From the NCBI GenBank assembly GCA_047495785.1, contig JBLDXI010000054.1, positions 434,001-498,000 on the forward strand: 64,000 nucleotides of DNA. The letters are read 5' to 3'. The first letter of the stretch is position 1, and each line of letters opens with the position of its first letter. The notes below the pieces were generated by a model. It was not told the DNA's origin. It saw only the letters and a list, made by a program, of their open reading frames with translations, and did no database searches. The stretch comes from Lepidodermella squamata. Taxonomy: Eukaryota; Animalia; Gastrotricha. Positions 48,675 to 60,750 of the stretch are shown here, piece by piece. The position numbers and the translations under genes are program-made.

Positions 48675-49838
48675 TCAACTTAATATTTTCGCAGTGATAA
48701 CGATTGCGAAAACCATATCGATCGTAGCTAGGGTGCCGAAAAATACGACATCAATGTATCGGCTTTTGCTGCAGCGGAACACACAAACCGAGATTTTTCT
48801 CGAATGCGAATCTTGCGATGCACACCACGCACACATAATAGCAGAGTAGCAGGTGGTAAGCATTGCAGAAATGATAAGACCGAATATGAGGTCAGACAGC
48901 AAGATATTAACCGGAGTTTTGGGAACACTCGCTAAAACCTGGCTCTGAGCCACGGTGAAAGCTAAAAGTACGGTCACAGCGAAACTAGCTCGATCAGGGC
49001 TGTCCGGTGGTAGAAAAGCACTCGCGAACTGAACAATCGTCAAAATAAAGCAAGGCGATATGATATTCATAACGTAGTAGTCATGCATTCGTAAGAGCTC
49101 AAAGTGGAAAAATATGTTGTGGTAATCAATAGCCAAAAAAGGTAGAAGGGTGTAATTTTCGCGGGTCTCACCTACTTTCCAACCGACATTCACCGACGCG
49201 AATTTGTCTTTTTCGATGTAGCTTGTCAAGCTTTGAAGATTTACGGCTGAACTTGATAGCCAGAGACCGATATTTATGAAGCAGGATTGCTTGTCGATTG
49301 GAAATTTCTCGAAGACCATGTCGCACAGAATCGTGAACATCCCACTGAAGGTCAGCTGAATCATTCCTTCGAATGGCATCGCATTGATGACAGGGTATAC
49401 ATTCGTGCTAAGTCCATAGTCATTGGCACTAAGAACACTGGTTAACCTTGGAATCTGGACCGGTTGCGAAATCATTTACCTGTTCTCATTGACAAATCCC
49501 GGTCGCCAGTAATCGTCCGTATTTGTTATTGCCCAAAAATCAGGCATTTCCCTTGTTGCGTTGTACCTTAGCGCTGCATTTTTCACACACTCAGAGTGAA
49601 CTCTTATGTAAACCAAGCCACTCATTGTGACTGTCTCTTGAAGATCGTCGACGTTGATCAGCTTGCTGTAGACAAATTTGATTTCTATCGGTTGGGGACC
49701 AGTTGATTTGTTATACTCGTTGGGATAAGTAGCACCTGGAACAAAGTTGCATTCAGTAAGAATTAGGGTTCGGATATCATCGTCTCGGCTGATACTCGAG
49801 GCTGTTGATATAAAGAGCATTAACATGGAGAAAATCAT
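48675..49838 (-). CDS. Cys-loop channel subunit, one-intron subfamily B1 (~370 aa)
   Basis: 51-bp phase-2 intron at 49429-49479 (NEN S|AND). Cys loop CDMVFEKFPIDKQSC and four TM helices. Confidence 0.9.
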
Positions 49839-50119
49839 TGCGATATATTGAAATGGTTCATTCATTTATATACAAAATGATGCCAAAGAATCTCATAACA
49901 GTATCACCGGATTTTCATCGTTTCGAACGCAAACAGCAAACGGATCGTCGAGCGTCGACAGTGATTCCTGAGCACGTGAGGAAAATATGATGGCAAAAAG
50001 GTCCTATCACCAGGGGCTTTTCAGTTTCCTTGTTGACACTCTAGCAGCGCTGCAGATCTATGTGTACTTCGTTAAACAACGCGTTTCAGGATATTACCAC
50101 TATGTTCAATGATCTGATC

Positions 50120-50618
50120 AGGCTCGAGTGTACAATATGAAGCTACGCTCGTCGACGATGGTGCGTAAGAGAAACAGTAAATGGGGAAACAAGGGGTTTA
50201 TCATGGACAGGGTAGTTATCAGAGTCGGGAGGGTGAAACACAGATAACATGGCAGGAGGGGGCAGTTACATGGGTGTGATCCAGAGGGTGTGATGTCGCA
50301 GATCAACGGGTATTGCTGTCCGTGTCGGCGTCCATCTTTTGCACCATAGAACGTTTGCACCGTGCGACAATGCAAGCTCCATTGGCACCGTACCGACCTA
50401 GACGAGTGTCATGAATTCGCTCGTCTATTGCTGACCGAGGTGATTGCGTGATTGGTTGATCCCGGCGAAGGATCGACGACCGAGGGTATTGCTGCCACCC
50501 AGCCGGAGCAGTAGGGGTTAAGTGCTCTGCTCAGTTACACACGCGCCGTGACTTGAAGACGAACCACTGACCTTCTGAGAAAGCACAGCGGACGCTTAAC
50601 CACTAAGCCACGTGCTCC
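50120..50618 (-). mobile_element. tRNA-derived SINE-like element
   Basis: The head GGAGCACGTGGCTTAGTGGTTAAGCG...GGTTCG has Pol III A and B boxes. It is followed by GAGCAGAGCACTTAACCCCTACTGCTCC, resembling CORE/V-type SINE bodies. The 3' limit is uncertain. Confidence 0.6.
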
Positions 50619-50639
50619 CCCTTCAGGCAGGTGAGATGC

Positions 50640-51090
50640 ATGGCAGACATGGAGAGAGATATGAAAAGATAAAAAAAGAAGAAGGTGTTCGACAACCCAA
50701 AAGTTAGAAGTCGGGTAAAGGACCACGAGGAAGTTTGTTGCTCAACAGCACGAAGGGCGAACGCCGACGAGGAAGGGGGGGGGGGGGAAGCGGGCCATCA
50801 GGCGGACGCTCTCGAGGTCCTCGCGCAGCGGCAGGACAAACGGAGCAGCGTTTGCGACATACCGAGAACTCGTATCGACTCGACCTGCGCTGTTGAGCCG
50901 AACATCGACGGACGCGCTATCAAAGGGCATAACTTGGCTCCTCGCGGGATTAAACTTCTGGCGCCACTTCTTGGCCCAGTCGGAAATACGGGTGATCTCC
51001 AATTGGATGCGGCGCTGAGCAGCAGGGAACATGCCACCCTCGCCGACGACAGTCAAATCGTCAGTCGTCAGGGTAGGCCTGCAGCAACGT
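50640..51090 (-). mobile_element. Internally deleted LINE RT/3' fragment
   Basis: DDLTVVGEG...WRQKFNP..., fused to FVLPLREDL. Confidence 0.85.
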
Positions 51091-51349
51091 GCCATCCACG
51101 CTTGGGGCGGAAAACAAATCGGCGGTATACAGAATGTAGAGAAGAGGCGACAACGGGGAACCTTGCGGCCCCAAAATTAAAAAGAAAAAATTGTTACTCG
51201 CTCCGCTCGCTAGCCATCATTTCAATCTGAAAAGAGACAGTGGTGCGCACAATACCGACGAGACGCGCAACACTCTTTTATTGTTCATCGTGATCATTTA
51301 AGGAGGATGCGTGAGGAGGCTATTTTTTATCAGTGTACCGCCGTATGAA

Positions 51350-53010
51350 CGCCGTATGAAGACCCGGCTGCCGATGCTGCGACCAGACAACGTTGGGCCG
51401 ATATAGAGCGATTCGTTTCCACCGATCCTGATCTTCAGCGTACCGATACCCTGCAGCTACTCGGCCCGGGTGAGTTCTCCGTCAGCCAGCGCATGGTGGC
51501 TGATGCCATCGGGCGCCTCCAGCCGTTTAAGGCGCCTGGGCTGGACGGCATCAGTCCTATATTCTACAAATGGGGCGGGCCGCTACTCGAATCGAACTCG
51601 ACGGCAAGCTACTCGAATCGATCATCGCGCGCTGGTTGGGTGGGTTCCTGGAGGATCTCAGCCTGCTGCCTGACAACCAGTACGCGTTCCGTGCTCACCG
51701 ATCCGCTCCGGACGTACCGCTGCGAATCGCGCACCGCGTCCACCTCGGCCGGTCGCGTAACCGTAAGGTCATCGTCGTCGGTGGGTCGTCGTTCCGTGTG
51801 GAGTGCCGGCCTTGCCTTCAAACTCGCCGAACTGCCACTACCTCGAAACCTGGCTGCCTGGCTTACCGATTTCCTGCGAGACCGGAAGCTTCAAGCGCGC
51901 GTCGCCGGCTTCCTCAGCCAGCAGCGGACTGTGAACTGCGGGGTACCGCAAGGGTCGCCCCTGTCGCCCCTGCTGTACATCGTGTACACTGCTGACCTTC
52001 TAACTGCGCCGACTGCCCCCGGCTGTTCCCTAGACGCCTATGCTGACGATCTCACAGTCGTCGGCGAGGGTGCGAATTTCCAGGAGGCCGAACGCTGCAC
52101 CCAGGCAGAGATCGATCGCATCTCGCATTGGGCCCGCGAGTGGCGCCAGAAGTTTAATGCGTCGAAAAGCGAAGCAATGCCGTTTGCCTGGCGCTCGTAC
52201 CAGACCCGTCTGCACCTCGGCGGCTCGATGACCCCTCAAGTTGCCGTGATTCGTGTCCTCGGCGTGCACCTTGACGCCAAGCTGACTTGGAAGTCGCACG
52301 TCGACCAGGTCATCAACCGCTGCACCCGGAACCTGTCCCAATTTCGCCGTATTGCCTGCACCCCTGGCCTCTCTCGCCGGTGGCGTCGCACCGCCTACCT
52401 CAGCCTTGTCCGCTCCGCCGCCACTTACGGCAACGTCGTGTTTTGTACCGCGCCCAAGAGGCAGCTGAAGCGGCTTGATGTGTTGCAGAACGACTGTCTG
52501 CGCAGCCTGCTAAACGTCCGCCGCGATGACCGGGTCCGTGTCTCGGAGCTGGAACGCCGCTGTGGCGTGAAGAGCCTGCCTGCCTTTTTCGAACAGACCC
52601 AGCGCCGTTATGCTGCAAATGCAGTCCGGTTCGTCCTCCCTCTTAGAGAAGAAATTGAGCGACTCCGCCTCTCCGCGAACCCGGTGCCCCGTTCCCCGCT
52701 GGCCTTGATCGCCAGCAGGCTTCCTCGGGGTCCTTTGCCCACTTTCGATGTCTGATCTTGCCGCCTCTCCCTCTCCCTCTATCCTTTGCTTTCTCTTCTC
52801 TCTACCCTTCTTCTCCCTCCCATTCTCCCTCGCTGTGTTTACGTGTCTGTCTGCCTTCGATAAATCATCCATCATCCCGCCCACTTGTGTCCACAGCGCA
52901 CTGCCGCCGGCAAGCGCATGTAATCTTGCGACCCCGCGTCGTTGATATCTTTCAATTATTTCGTCTCCCCTGTTTATATGATGTCAACGAACAATAAATA
53001 TTTGAATTTA
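51350..53010 (+). mobile_element. 5'-truncated, rearranged LINE (Jockey-like RT) with 3' UTR and tail
   Basis: KAPGLDG, GVPQGSPLSPLLY, YADD and LGVHLD motifs; ends AATAAATATTTGAATTT. Confidence 0.92.
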
Positions 53011-53056
53011 GTACCTCTTTGTGACAACTCAAAACATCAAAGCATAACAATATAGC

Positions 53057-53260
53057 CAGGGTGCGATCTTGGATCCCCGAGCTGCCAGGGATAAAAAAAA
53101 TTTTTTTCCTGTATTTGCCAAAATTTTGGATATTTTTCACTAAAACACGCTCTAGAACCTTCAAAGATTAACAAAACAGTGGGATAAATTCTCGTTTTGT
53201 CGTCTGGCCCGGCCGAGCTGGGGGGATGATCCCCCCATCCCCCCTGAAAGTCGCACACTG
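53057..53260. mobile_element. hAT-type MITE (8-bp TSD AATATAGC)
   Basis: AATATAGC|CAGGGTGCGA...TCGCACACTG|AATATAGC. One end also occurs at ~16035-16085. Confidence 0.85.
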
Positions 53261-53359
53261 AATATAGCAGCCTAACAAAGAATCACCATAAACCCAGTTG
53301 CAAAAGGCAATATTTCTTGTAATATTTTTGCTATTTGCTATAAATCATGCAATAATATA

Positions 53360-53773
53360 CCGTATATACCGGTTTAGAAGGCAGGACCGAAATACAGGGC
53401 AGTCCCATTTATAAGGCAGGGGTTAAAGGTCATTCGATCAAAATAAAGGGAAGGGCCCGAATATAGGGCAGTGCCCTTGAATGGATCAGGGCAGGAGGAG
53501 AGAAATTTCTTGGGAATGGATAGTTTCCCCTCTTAAAATCGTTCGCCGCATGTAAATTAAGCGTGATTTTCATCTACCTTGATAATTTGCATATTCGAAA
53601 ACGTGTGTGCATACGCTAATGAGCGTGAATATACACATGCAAGTGCGCGCGCCTTTGGTTGCAACAAATTATAGGGCAGGGCCCGAATAAAGGGCAGGGC
53701 TCGTTTATAAGGCAGGGGTTGCGGGTTGATTGATAAAATTATAAGGCAGAGCCTTCTAAACCGGTATATACGG
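53360..53773. mobile_element. Tc1/mariner/pogo-type MITE (TA TSD)
   Basis: TA|CCGTATATACCGGTTTAGAAGGC...GCCTTCTAAACCGGTATATACGG|TA. Confidence 0.85.
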
Positions 53774-54269
53774 TATTCGATTTCTTGCAGAAGGTTTTCG
53801 CAATCCGAGACACTTTCCATTATGTTATATTCTTAGAGTTACTTGGGTTTACAGAATTTTATCCTCAAACCTTCAACCTTCAAAATAAATCCACTCTCAC
53901 CGGAAATATTGAAACGCTAATAAACAACAGTGAAATAAATAAGTAACATAATTTGAATGAATATAACATGAATGTACTTATGAATAGGTGAATGAAAATT
54001 GTTAAATTTTCCAATATCGTCTTGAAACCTAAATTCTTAAATTCAAATTTATTTGTCCATCAGTCCGAATTGATTAAAGTCACGCGGCTAAGATTGCCAA
54101 TGAAAAGCTATTGCCAATTAAATGCCGATTACTTAAGGAGCCAGTGTAACCTTCATCGTCATCTTTTGCGAAGAGTTTCGATGAAGTTCTTAGTTTTGAC
54201 AGTCGTTCTATTTGGCATTTGTCATGCCAATAACAACAGCCAAAACAACAGCAGTCAGAAGACGAAGTT

Positions 54270-54797
54270 GATGAATACTCCAGGAATGTACCTTTCGTCC
54301 GAAGAGGATCGGTATCCGACAGGAATGGTCGATCGAGGCGAACGCGCCAACTTCCGCCGTTCAGCTAACCGATTCATCATCGACAATGGCATGCTTTTCT
54401 ACGTGAAACACAGGCCGAACGACGAGCAGCTGAGACTGGAGGTAGTGCGAAGTTTTGTTCAGCATCAAGAAATTCTGAAGTCAGTCCACGAGAACATCGG
54501 GTCAAGCATTCAAGGTCGAGCCATGGCTGGTCATATTGGGCGTGATAGGATGGCAGACATCATTGGCCGCCGCTACTATTGGAAGGGCACGACTCGGGAC
54601 ATCGCCGAACTTGCGAAACTTGCCCAAAGGCGAATAGCCAACGAATCAAAATCGCCCCCGAACTTCACTCGGTGCCAGTTCCGAAACAAGTATTCAAGCA
54701 GGTCGGGGTCGACATGGCTTTCCTCCCGAAAGTGAACGAATTCATTTGCATTTGCATTGTCATTGACTATGTACTTCTCCAAATGGGTGGAGGCTCA
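54270..54797 (+). mobile_element. Gypsy/Ginger-type integrase relic
   Basis: H..GHIGRD...YYW, then (frameshifted) CETC, VGVDM...IDYFSKWVEA: an HHCC zinc domain and the start of the integrase core. Confidence 0.8.
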
Positions 54798-54798
54798 T

Positions 54799-54923
54799 CC
54801 CGAAGTCGTTGCAGCTGTTCGAATTCACGATGCCCGGTTTCCAGTAGCTTTCCGTAGTAGTCATTGCCCAGTAGGGCGGGATAAATCGGGTTGCGCTTTA
54901 CTTGAACGCAGCGTTTATGATAC
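54799..54923 (-). pseudogene. Fragment of a fourth subfamily-A channel gene
   Basis: Matches 35353-35480 (WAMTTT..YWKPGIVNSNSCNDFG). Its upstream region survives at 55310-56400. Confidence 0.8.
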
Positions 54924-55243
54924 ATCAGGCGGACGCTCTCGAGGTCCTCGCGCAGCGGCAGGACAAACTGAGCGGCTTTGGCGACATAACGGCGCTGGCA
55001 CTGTTCCAGAAACCGAGGGACACTCGGGATACGGCAACGAGATTCCAACTCCGACACGAGGACCCTGTCGTCCCGACGAATGTGGAGCATTGCACGCAGG
55101 CTATCATTTTGGATGACTGCGAGACGATTAACCGGCTGCTTCGAGGCGGTAGCCAGACAAATGGTCCCATAAGACCAGCACGAACGGACCAGAGTCAAGT
55201 AAAGGGTGCGGCGCCAGCGGCGCGACAGCCCAGGGGTGAACAT
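54924..55243 (-). mobile_element. LINE ORF2 C-terminal fragment
   Basis: TPGLSRRWRRTLYLTLVRS...QNDSLRAML...LPLREDL. Confidence 0.85.
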
Positions 55244-55411
55244 GAGATGTTTAAAAAAACCTAGATTTCTGCGGCAGCGGTCAGAGATCTTGTCAACATG
55301 AACTTACCACGTCAGTTTAGATTTAAGTCAATTCGTGATAATTGCCAATGATGTCAGTAGGTCATTATCGATCGACGGACACATGTAAGAAAATGCTTAC
55401 GTAAGTATATA

Positions 55412-55769
55412 CAGTACTTATTGAATAAACCGGACAAAGAGCGCGCCACAGAAATTCGTCCGTATTATGCGAAGTCCGGATAAAGCAATGCTGTTTATAT
55501 GTAAAGTCCACGGCACGAGCTACCCGAATCCGTCCGAATTAGGCAAAGTCCGGCCTATGCAAGTCCGGACAAGCCCAAAAGTACTGTATTTATAAATACA
55601 GTTGAACCCCGATTTCCCGTCTTCTGCGGTTCCACGAAAATCCTGACGGGAAATCTAGGTAGTTCTGCGTGTAATTGCCCTCTGCGAGTCCAAGTCGCTC
55701 CTAAATATTTACATGTCGCGATTTCCCGTCAGACGGAAAATCAGGTGACGGAAAATCGAGGTTCCACTG
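55412..55769. mobile_element. Two adjacent TA-flanked MITEs (55412-55586 and 55599-55769)
   Basis: Termini CAGTACTT/AAGTACTG and CAGTTGAACC/GGTTCCACTG. Both are absent from the paralogous site at ~47630-47650. Confidence 0.8.
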
Positions 55770-56817
55770 TAAGCGTCGAGTAAACAAATAATTACGAGAA
55801 CTCGGGACTTACTGTTTACTTAACCCTTCTAAAAATGAAGCAACACATTTTTTGCATTGTCGATGCGCAGCTGGAGTCATCATCGAAACGCCGCAATTGA
55901 CACGTCGGTATTTATTTTTATTTCTGAGAAAAACAGCAGAAGATAACACAAATATCTTGAAGTAACAAAACCGGAGCTCTGTATTCAAAGCCTCTCAACA
56001 CAATGTAACTTCGAAGGCGCTTCGCTGTGCAACCTTGTCCCTGAATTTAAAGCTGAAAAATGTGGTCCGCTAAGTTTGGCCGAAGGTCAATGTTATATTT
56101 TCTCTTTTTGAATTTACACATTACTCGGTAGTCATTGTGAAGCTGTGTTGTTTTCCAGTTCTCAGATGTGCCAGTGCAGAAGGTGCCAGTTAGAACATCC
56201 GATCCAATTAAACAAATATTCCACGCTTCTGTGTTTATTTATTGTTTGATTCTAACAGCAATTCTGGCGCTGAGGCAAAAAAAGACAGGGGAAATTAGGT
56301 TAAAGATAAATATTAGATATTAGAACATCTCCACGCCAACGACGTCGCATCACTTCATAAGGTGTTTGGAATACTTTTAGCAAAACGGGCTATTTCTATT
56401 TTTAATACATTCATACAAAGTTTAACGGCTCTGGGACCTAGCGGCTGCACATTTTCTATTCTTTTTTTAGAGCTTCCAAACTTGGATATCATTCATGCTC
56501 TTTAAATAAATAATCGACATTGCGTGTCTTTGGCAGTCGTTTTCGCGATTCAAGGGTTAATTGATTATAAAATTAGTTCAAGGAACGAGAGACAACAATT
56601 AATTATTCACTTTACAAACAAAAGTACACAGATATAGGTGGCCGATGATGAACAGACAAAATTGGCCTATTTCATAGTTAAAATTTTAGCCGCCTTTCAC
56701 ACGTATTCACAGCGTATATGTAATACTTTCCACCGACGAATTCTGAACGACGCATCCACTCAAGTTTTCAATTAACCGGAAATCGACGAAAGCCATGCTT
56801 CACCGTTTTCGAATGAA

Positions 56818-57981
56818 TCAACTTAATATTTTCTCAGTGATAGCAATCGCGAAAACCGTATCGATCGTAGCTAGTGTGCCAAAAAATACGACATCTATGA
56901 ATCGGCCTTTGCTGCAGCGGAACACACAAACCGAGATTTTTCTCGAATGTGAATCTTGCGACGCACACCACGCACACATAATAGCAGAGTAGCAGGTGGT
57001 AAGCATTGCAGAAATGATAAGACCGAATATGAGGTCAGACAGCAAGATATTAACCGGGGTTTTAGGGACATTCGCTAAAACCTGGCTCTGAGCCACGGTA
57101 AAAGCTAGAAGAACAGTCACAGAGAAACTAGCTCGATCAGGGCTGTCCGGTGGTAGAAAAGCACTCGCGAACTGAACAATCGTCAAAATAAAACACGGCG
57201 AGATTATATTCATAACATAGTAATCGTGCAAGCGGAAGAGCTCAAAGTGGAAAAATATGTTATGGTAATCATTAGCCAGAAAAGGTTCAAGAGTGAAATT
57301 TTCGCGAATCTCACCTAATTTCCAACCAGCATTCACTGAAGCGAATTTGTCTTTTTCGATGTAGCTTGTCAAGCTTTGAAGATTTACGGCTGAACTTGAT
57401 AGCCAGAGACCGATATTTATGAAGCAGGATTGCTTGTCGATTGGAAATTTCTCGAAGACCATGTCGCACAGAATCGTGAACATCCCACTGAAGGTCAGCT
57501 GAATCATTCCTTCGAATGGCATCGCATTGATGACAGGGTATACATTCGTGCTAAGTCCATAGTCATTGGCACTAAGAACATCTATTTACCTCGTAATCTG
57601 GACCGGTTGAGAAATAAATTACCTGTTTTCGTTGACAAATCCCGGTCGCCAGTAATCGTCCGTATTGGTCATTGCCCAATAATCAGGTATTTCTCTTGTA
57701 GCATTGTACCTTAGCGCTGCATTTTTCACACACTCAGAGTGAACTCTTATGTAAACCAAGCCACTCATTGTGACCGTCTCTTGAAGATCGTCGACGTTGA
57801 TCAGCTGGCCGTAGAAAAAGTGGATTTCTATCGGTTGGGGTCCAGCTGATTTATTATACTCGTTCGGGTATGTAGCGCCTGGTACAAAGTTGCACTCAGT
57901 AAGAATGAGGGTTCGGATATCATCGTCTCGACTGATACTCGAGGCTTCTGATACAAAGAGCATTAAAATATAGAAAATCAT
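56818..57981 (-). CDS. Cys-loop channel subunit B2
   Basis: 51-bp intron at 57572-57622; intact. Confidence 0.9.
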
Positions 57982-58329
57982 TTCGATTTATTGAAATTGT
58001 TTCAATACACTGTGCATGTATTTTTTGTACGAAATGATGTCAAAGCGACTCATAACAGTATCACCGGATTTTCGTCATTTCGAACGCAAATTGCAAACAG
58101 AGCGTCAATAGTGATTCCTACGCAAGCGGGAAAAATATGGCCAAAAGGTCCATCACAAAGGGCTTATTCAGTTTCTTTGTTGGCAGAATATTGTGTATCA
58201 GCAGCGCTGCAGGGTTACGTATACTTCATTATAACAACGCGTTGCAGGATATTGCCTCTGGTAGGTTCAATGTTGAGCAAATAGTAATCAGTATGAGGAT
58301 CATGCTCGAAACTATGCACCGATGAGACA

Positions 58330-59290
58330 GCGGCAGTGAATGCTGGATGCAAAATTTGACATTATTCTATAGCCTCTAATTCAGAGTGAAATGAGACCAA
58401 GTTAATCGAATTATATTATATATGATGAGAGACGGGGACATCCTTGCAGACCGACAATTTGAATTCCCCAAACAGGGTCCATCCTTAGCAAGGAAATGGC
58501 CAAGCACAGATGGACAGCTTTCGATACGCGACCAAGCTTTTATCGGCGAGCAAGATTCAGTCTAGAAGTGAAGCGAGAGTTCAGATATTTCCGACAATAC
58601 ATCGTTAAGTTCGCCCAGAAGTTCGTCAGGCTTCGAAACAGGTCGCTAAGCACCTCGTGACGAGTTTCCAGTTGTGAGTGGGCTGAAGATCTCGATCTAT
58701 TAAAAATAAGTTTTCATTAGACTTCCAAGTAGTTGACTAACCTGGTCGATTTCAAGCTTTTGCGAGCTCCTTGTTTCAGCTCACATACGCGTAAATACAA
58801 GGCCGGGAGGTCGTGTAGCAAAGAGTTTACAGATGTGAATTTCGAAAAGGCCCATATAATGTCGAACACGGGTTTTATGGCTTTGATCGTGATCGCTAAT
58901 GTCTCCGCGGTTTTTTCCAGCAACCATCAGCTCGAGGCGATGTGCGAGTCGATAAATCAGGTTGAGATTTTTGAATTTCTCACCAGAATGGCACCTGAAA
59001 ATACCAATAATAAGAAAAAGTAATATCATACGAAAGAAAGTTGCCTACGCCTCTCAACCGTCCATACATCGCAGCAACACCATCCGTAGCCAACGCGATC
59101 CAGTGCTACTTATTGAGATAGGACTCGACGAACCCAGCGTTCAAGGTCGTGTCAATAATGGTCCTGGCTATTGCCTCGGCATCGGTGAACATCATTTCAG
59201 GCATTCCAAGTAAGAAATTACTGGGTTCACCGTTGATGTCCATCATTGTGGTTTCCTTTGCAACCGAGGCTGATTCATCGGCCATTAGTC
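58330..59290 (-). mobile_element. Degenerate hAT transposase relic
   Basis: The minus strand reads ADES..., ATDGVAAMYGRLRGVG and LAHRLEL, which are hAT catalytic-core motifs. Multiple stops. Confidence 0.7.
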
Positions 59291-59586
59291 GCGAAGTGCA
59301 TACTCGTCATTTTTTTCTGAATGAGCAAAATAGTCGAAAAATACATCACTATGCAGATATTCACGCGGTATCACGTGGTAAAACATTAAACGCAACTAGA
59401 CATACATTTTTTCATTATGTAAATATATAAACCTTTTTAAACATGTGTAAACAGGTCCGAAATGTGAAATATCTGTATGAATCCTAACCTTGAAGTAAAT
59501 TCGCTTTTTAGTTTATTTCATAGTCTTTTACTCACTCCTTGTCACAATAATTACAGGATCACAGGATCGTCCACACCATCGCTTAA

Positions 59587-60750
59587 TCAGCTAACAATTT
59601 TTGTGGCAATAAAAATGACAAAGACTACATCGAATGCGGCCAGAGCGCCGAAAAAAATTATATCCACGAGTCTGCTTTTGTTTGTCCGGAACACACAAAC
59701 GGATATTTTTCTCGAATACGACTCTTGCGACCCACTCCAAGCGCACGTAACTGCAGCGTAGCATGTAATAGTCATCGATGAAATGATGAGGCCGAAAATC
59801 AGATCAGACAACAAAATATTATCCGGTGTTTTGGGAACGCTTGCTAAAACCTGGCTCTGAGCCACGGTGAAAGCAAGGAGGACAGTAACAGCAAAACTAG
59901 CTCGATCAGGGCTATCAGGTGGTAGGAAAGCCCCAGCAAATTGAACAATAGTCAGCACGAAACATGGCGCGACGATGTTTAGAACATAATAATCTGGCAC
60001 TCGGATTAGCTCGAAGTGGAAAAAAATGACGTAGTAGTGAATCGTCATGAAAGGCGCAAGAAAATAATGTTGACGAGTTTCACCTACCCCCCAGCCGACA
60101 TTCACAGAGGCGAATTTGTCTTTTTCGATGTCGCTATTCAAGCTTTGAAGTGTTACGGTTGAATTAGACATCCAGAGTTCGATGTTGATAAAACAGGATT
60201 GCTTATCGATTGGAAATTTCTTGAAGACCATGTCACACATGACTGTGAACATCCCGCTGAAGGTCAGTTGAACCACGCCTTCGAATGGGAATACATTTAG
60301 GATGGAATAAACTTTCTCCATAAGTCCGTAGTCATTCGCGCTAAGAAGTAACGTTTGCCTAAACATTTGGTAAGTGTGGCAAAGTTGTTACCTGTTCACA
60401 TTCACGAATCCCGGTCGCCAATAATCGTTTGTATTAGTGATTGCCCAATATTCTGGTATATCTCTGGAAACGTTGTACTTCAATACAGCGTTTTTCACGC
60501 ATTCAGAATAAATTCTTAGGTAAACTAGGCCGTTTATTGTGACTGTCCCTTGGAGATCGTCAACGCCAATCAGTTGGCTGTACTGAAACCCGACTTCGAT
60601 CGGCTGGGGGCCAGCTGATTTGTTATACTCGTTGGGATAAGTAGCGCCTGGGACAAAGTTGCATTCAGTAAGAATTAAGGTTCGGATATCGTCGTCTCGG
60701 CTGATACTCCAGGATTCTGATATAGAGAGCATCAAAATTAAGTAAAACAT
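59587..60750 (-). CDS. Cys-loop channel subunit B3
   Basis: 51-bp intron at 60341-60391; intact. Confidence 0.9.

Noticed and set aside
50545-50618. Functional tRNA gene
   Set aside because: A and B boxes are present, but I cannot build an acceptor stem or anticodon arm, and it continues into a SINE-like body.
53992-54270. Secreted protein suggested by MKFLVLTVVLFGICHA
   Set aside because: It runs into a frameshifted integrase relic, so it is most likely chance hydrophobicity in TE sequence.
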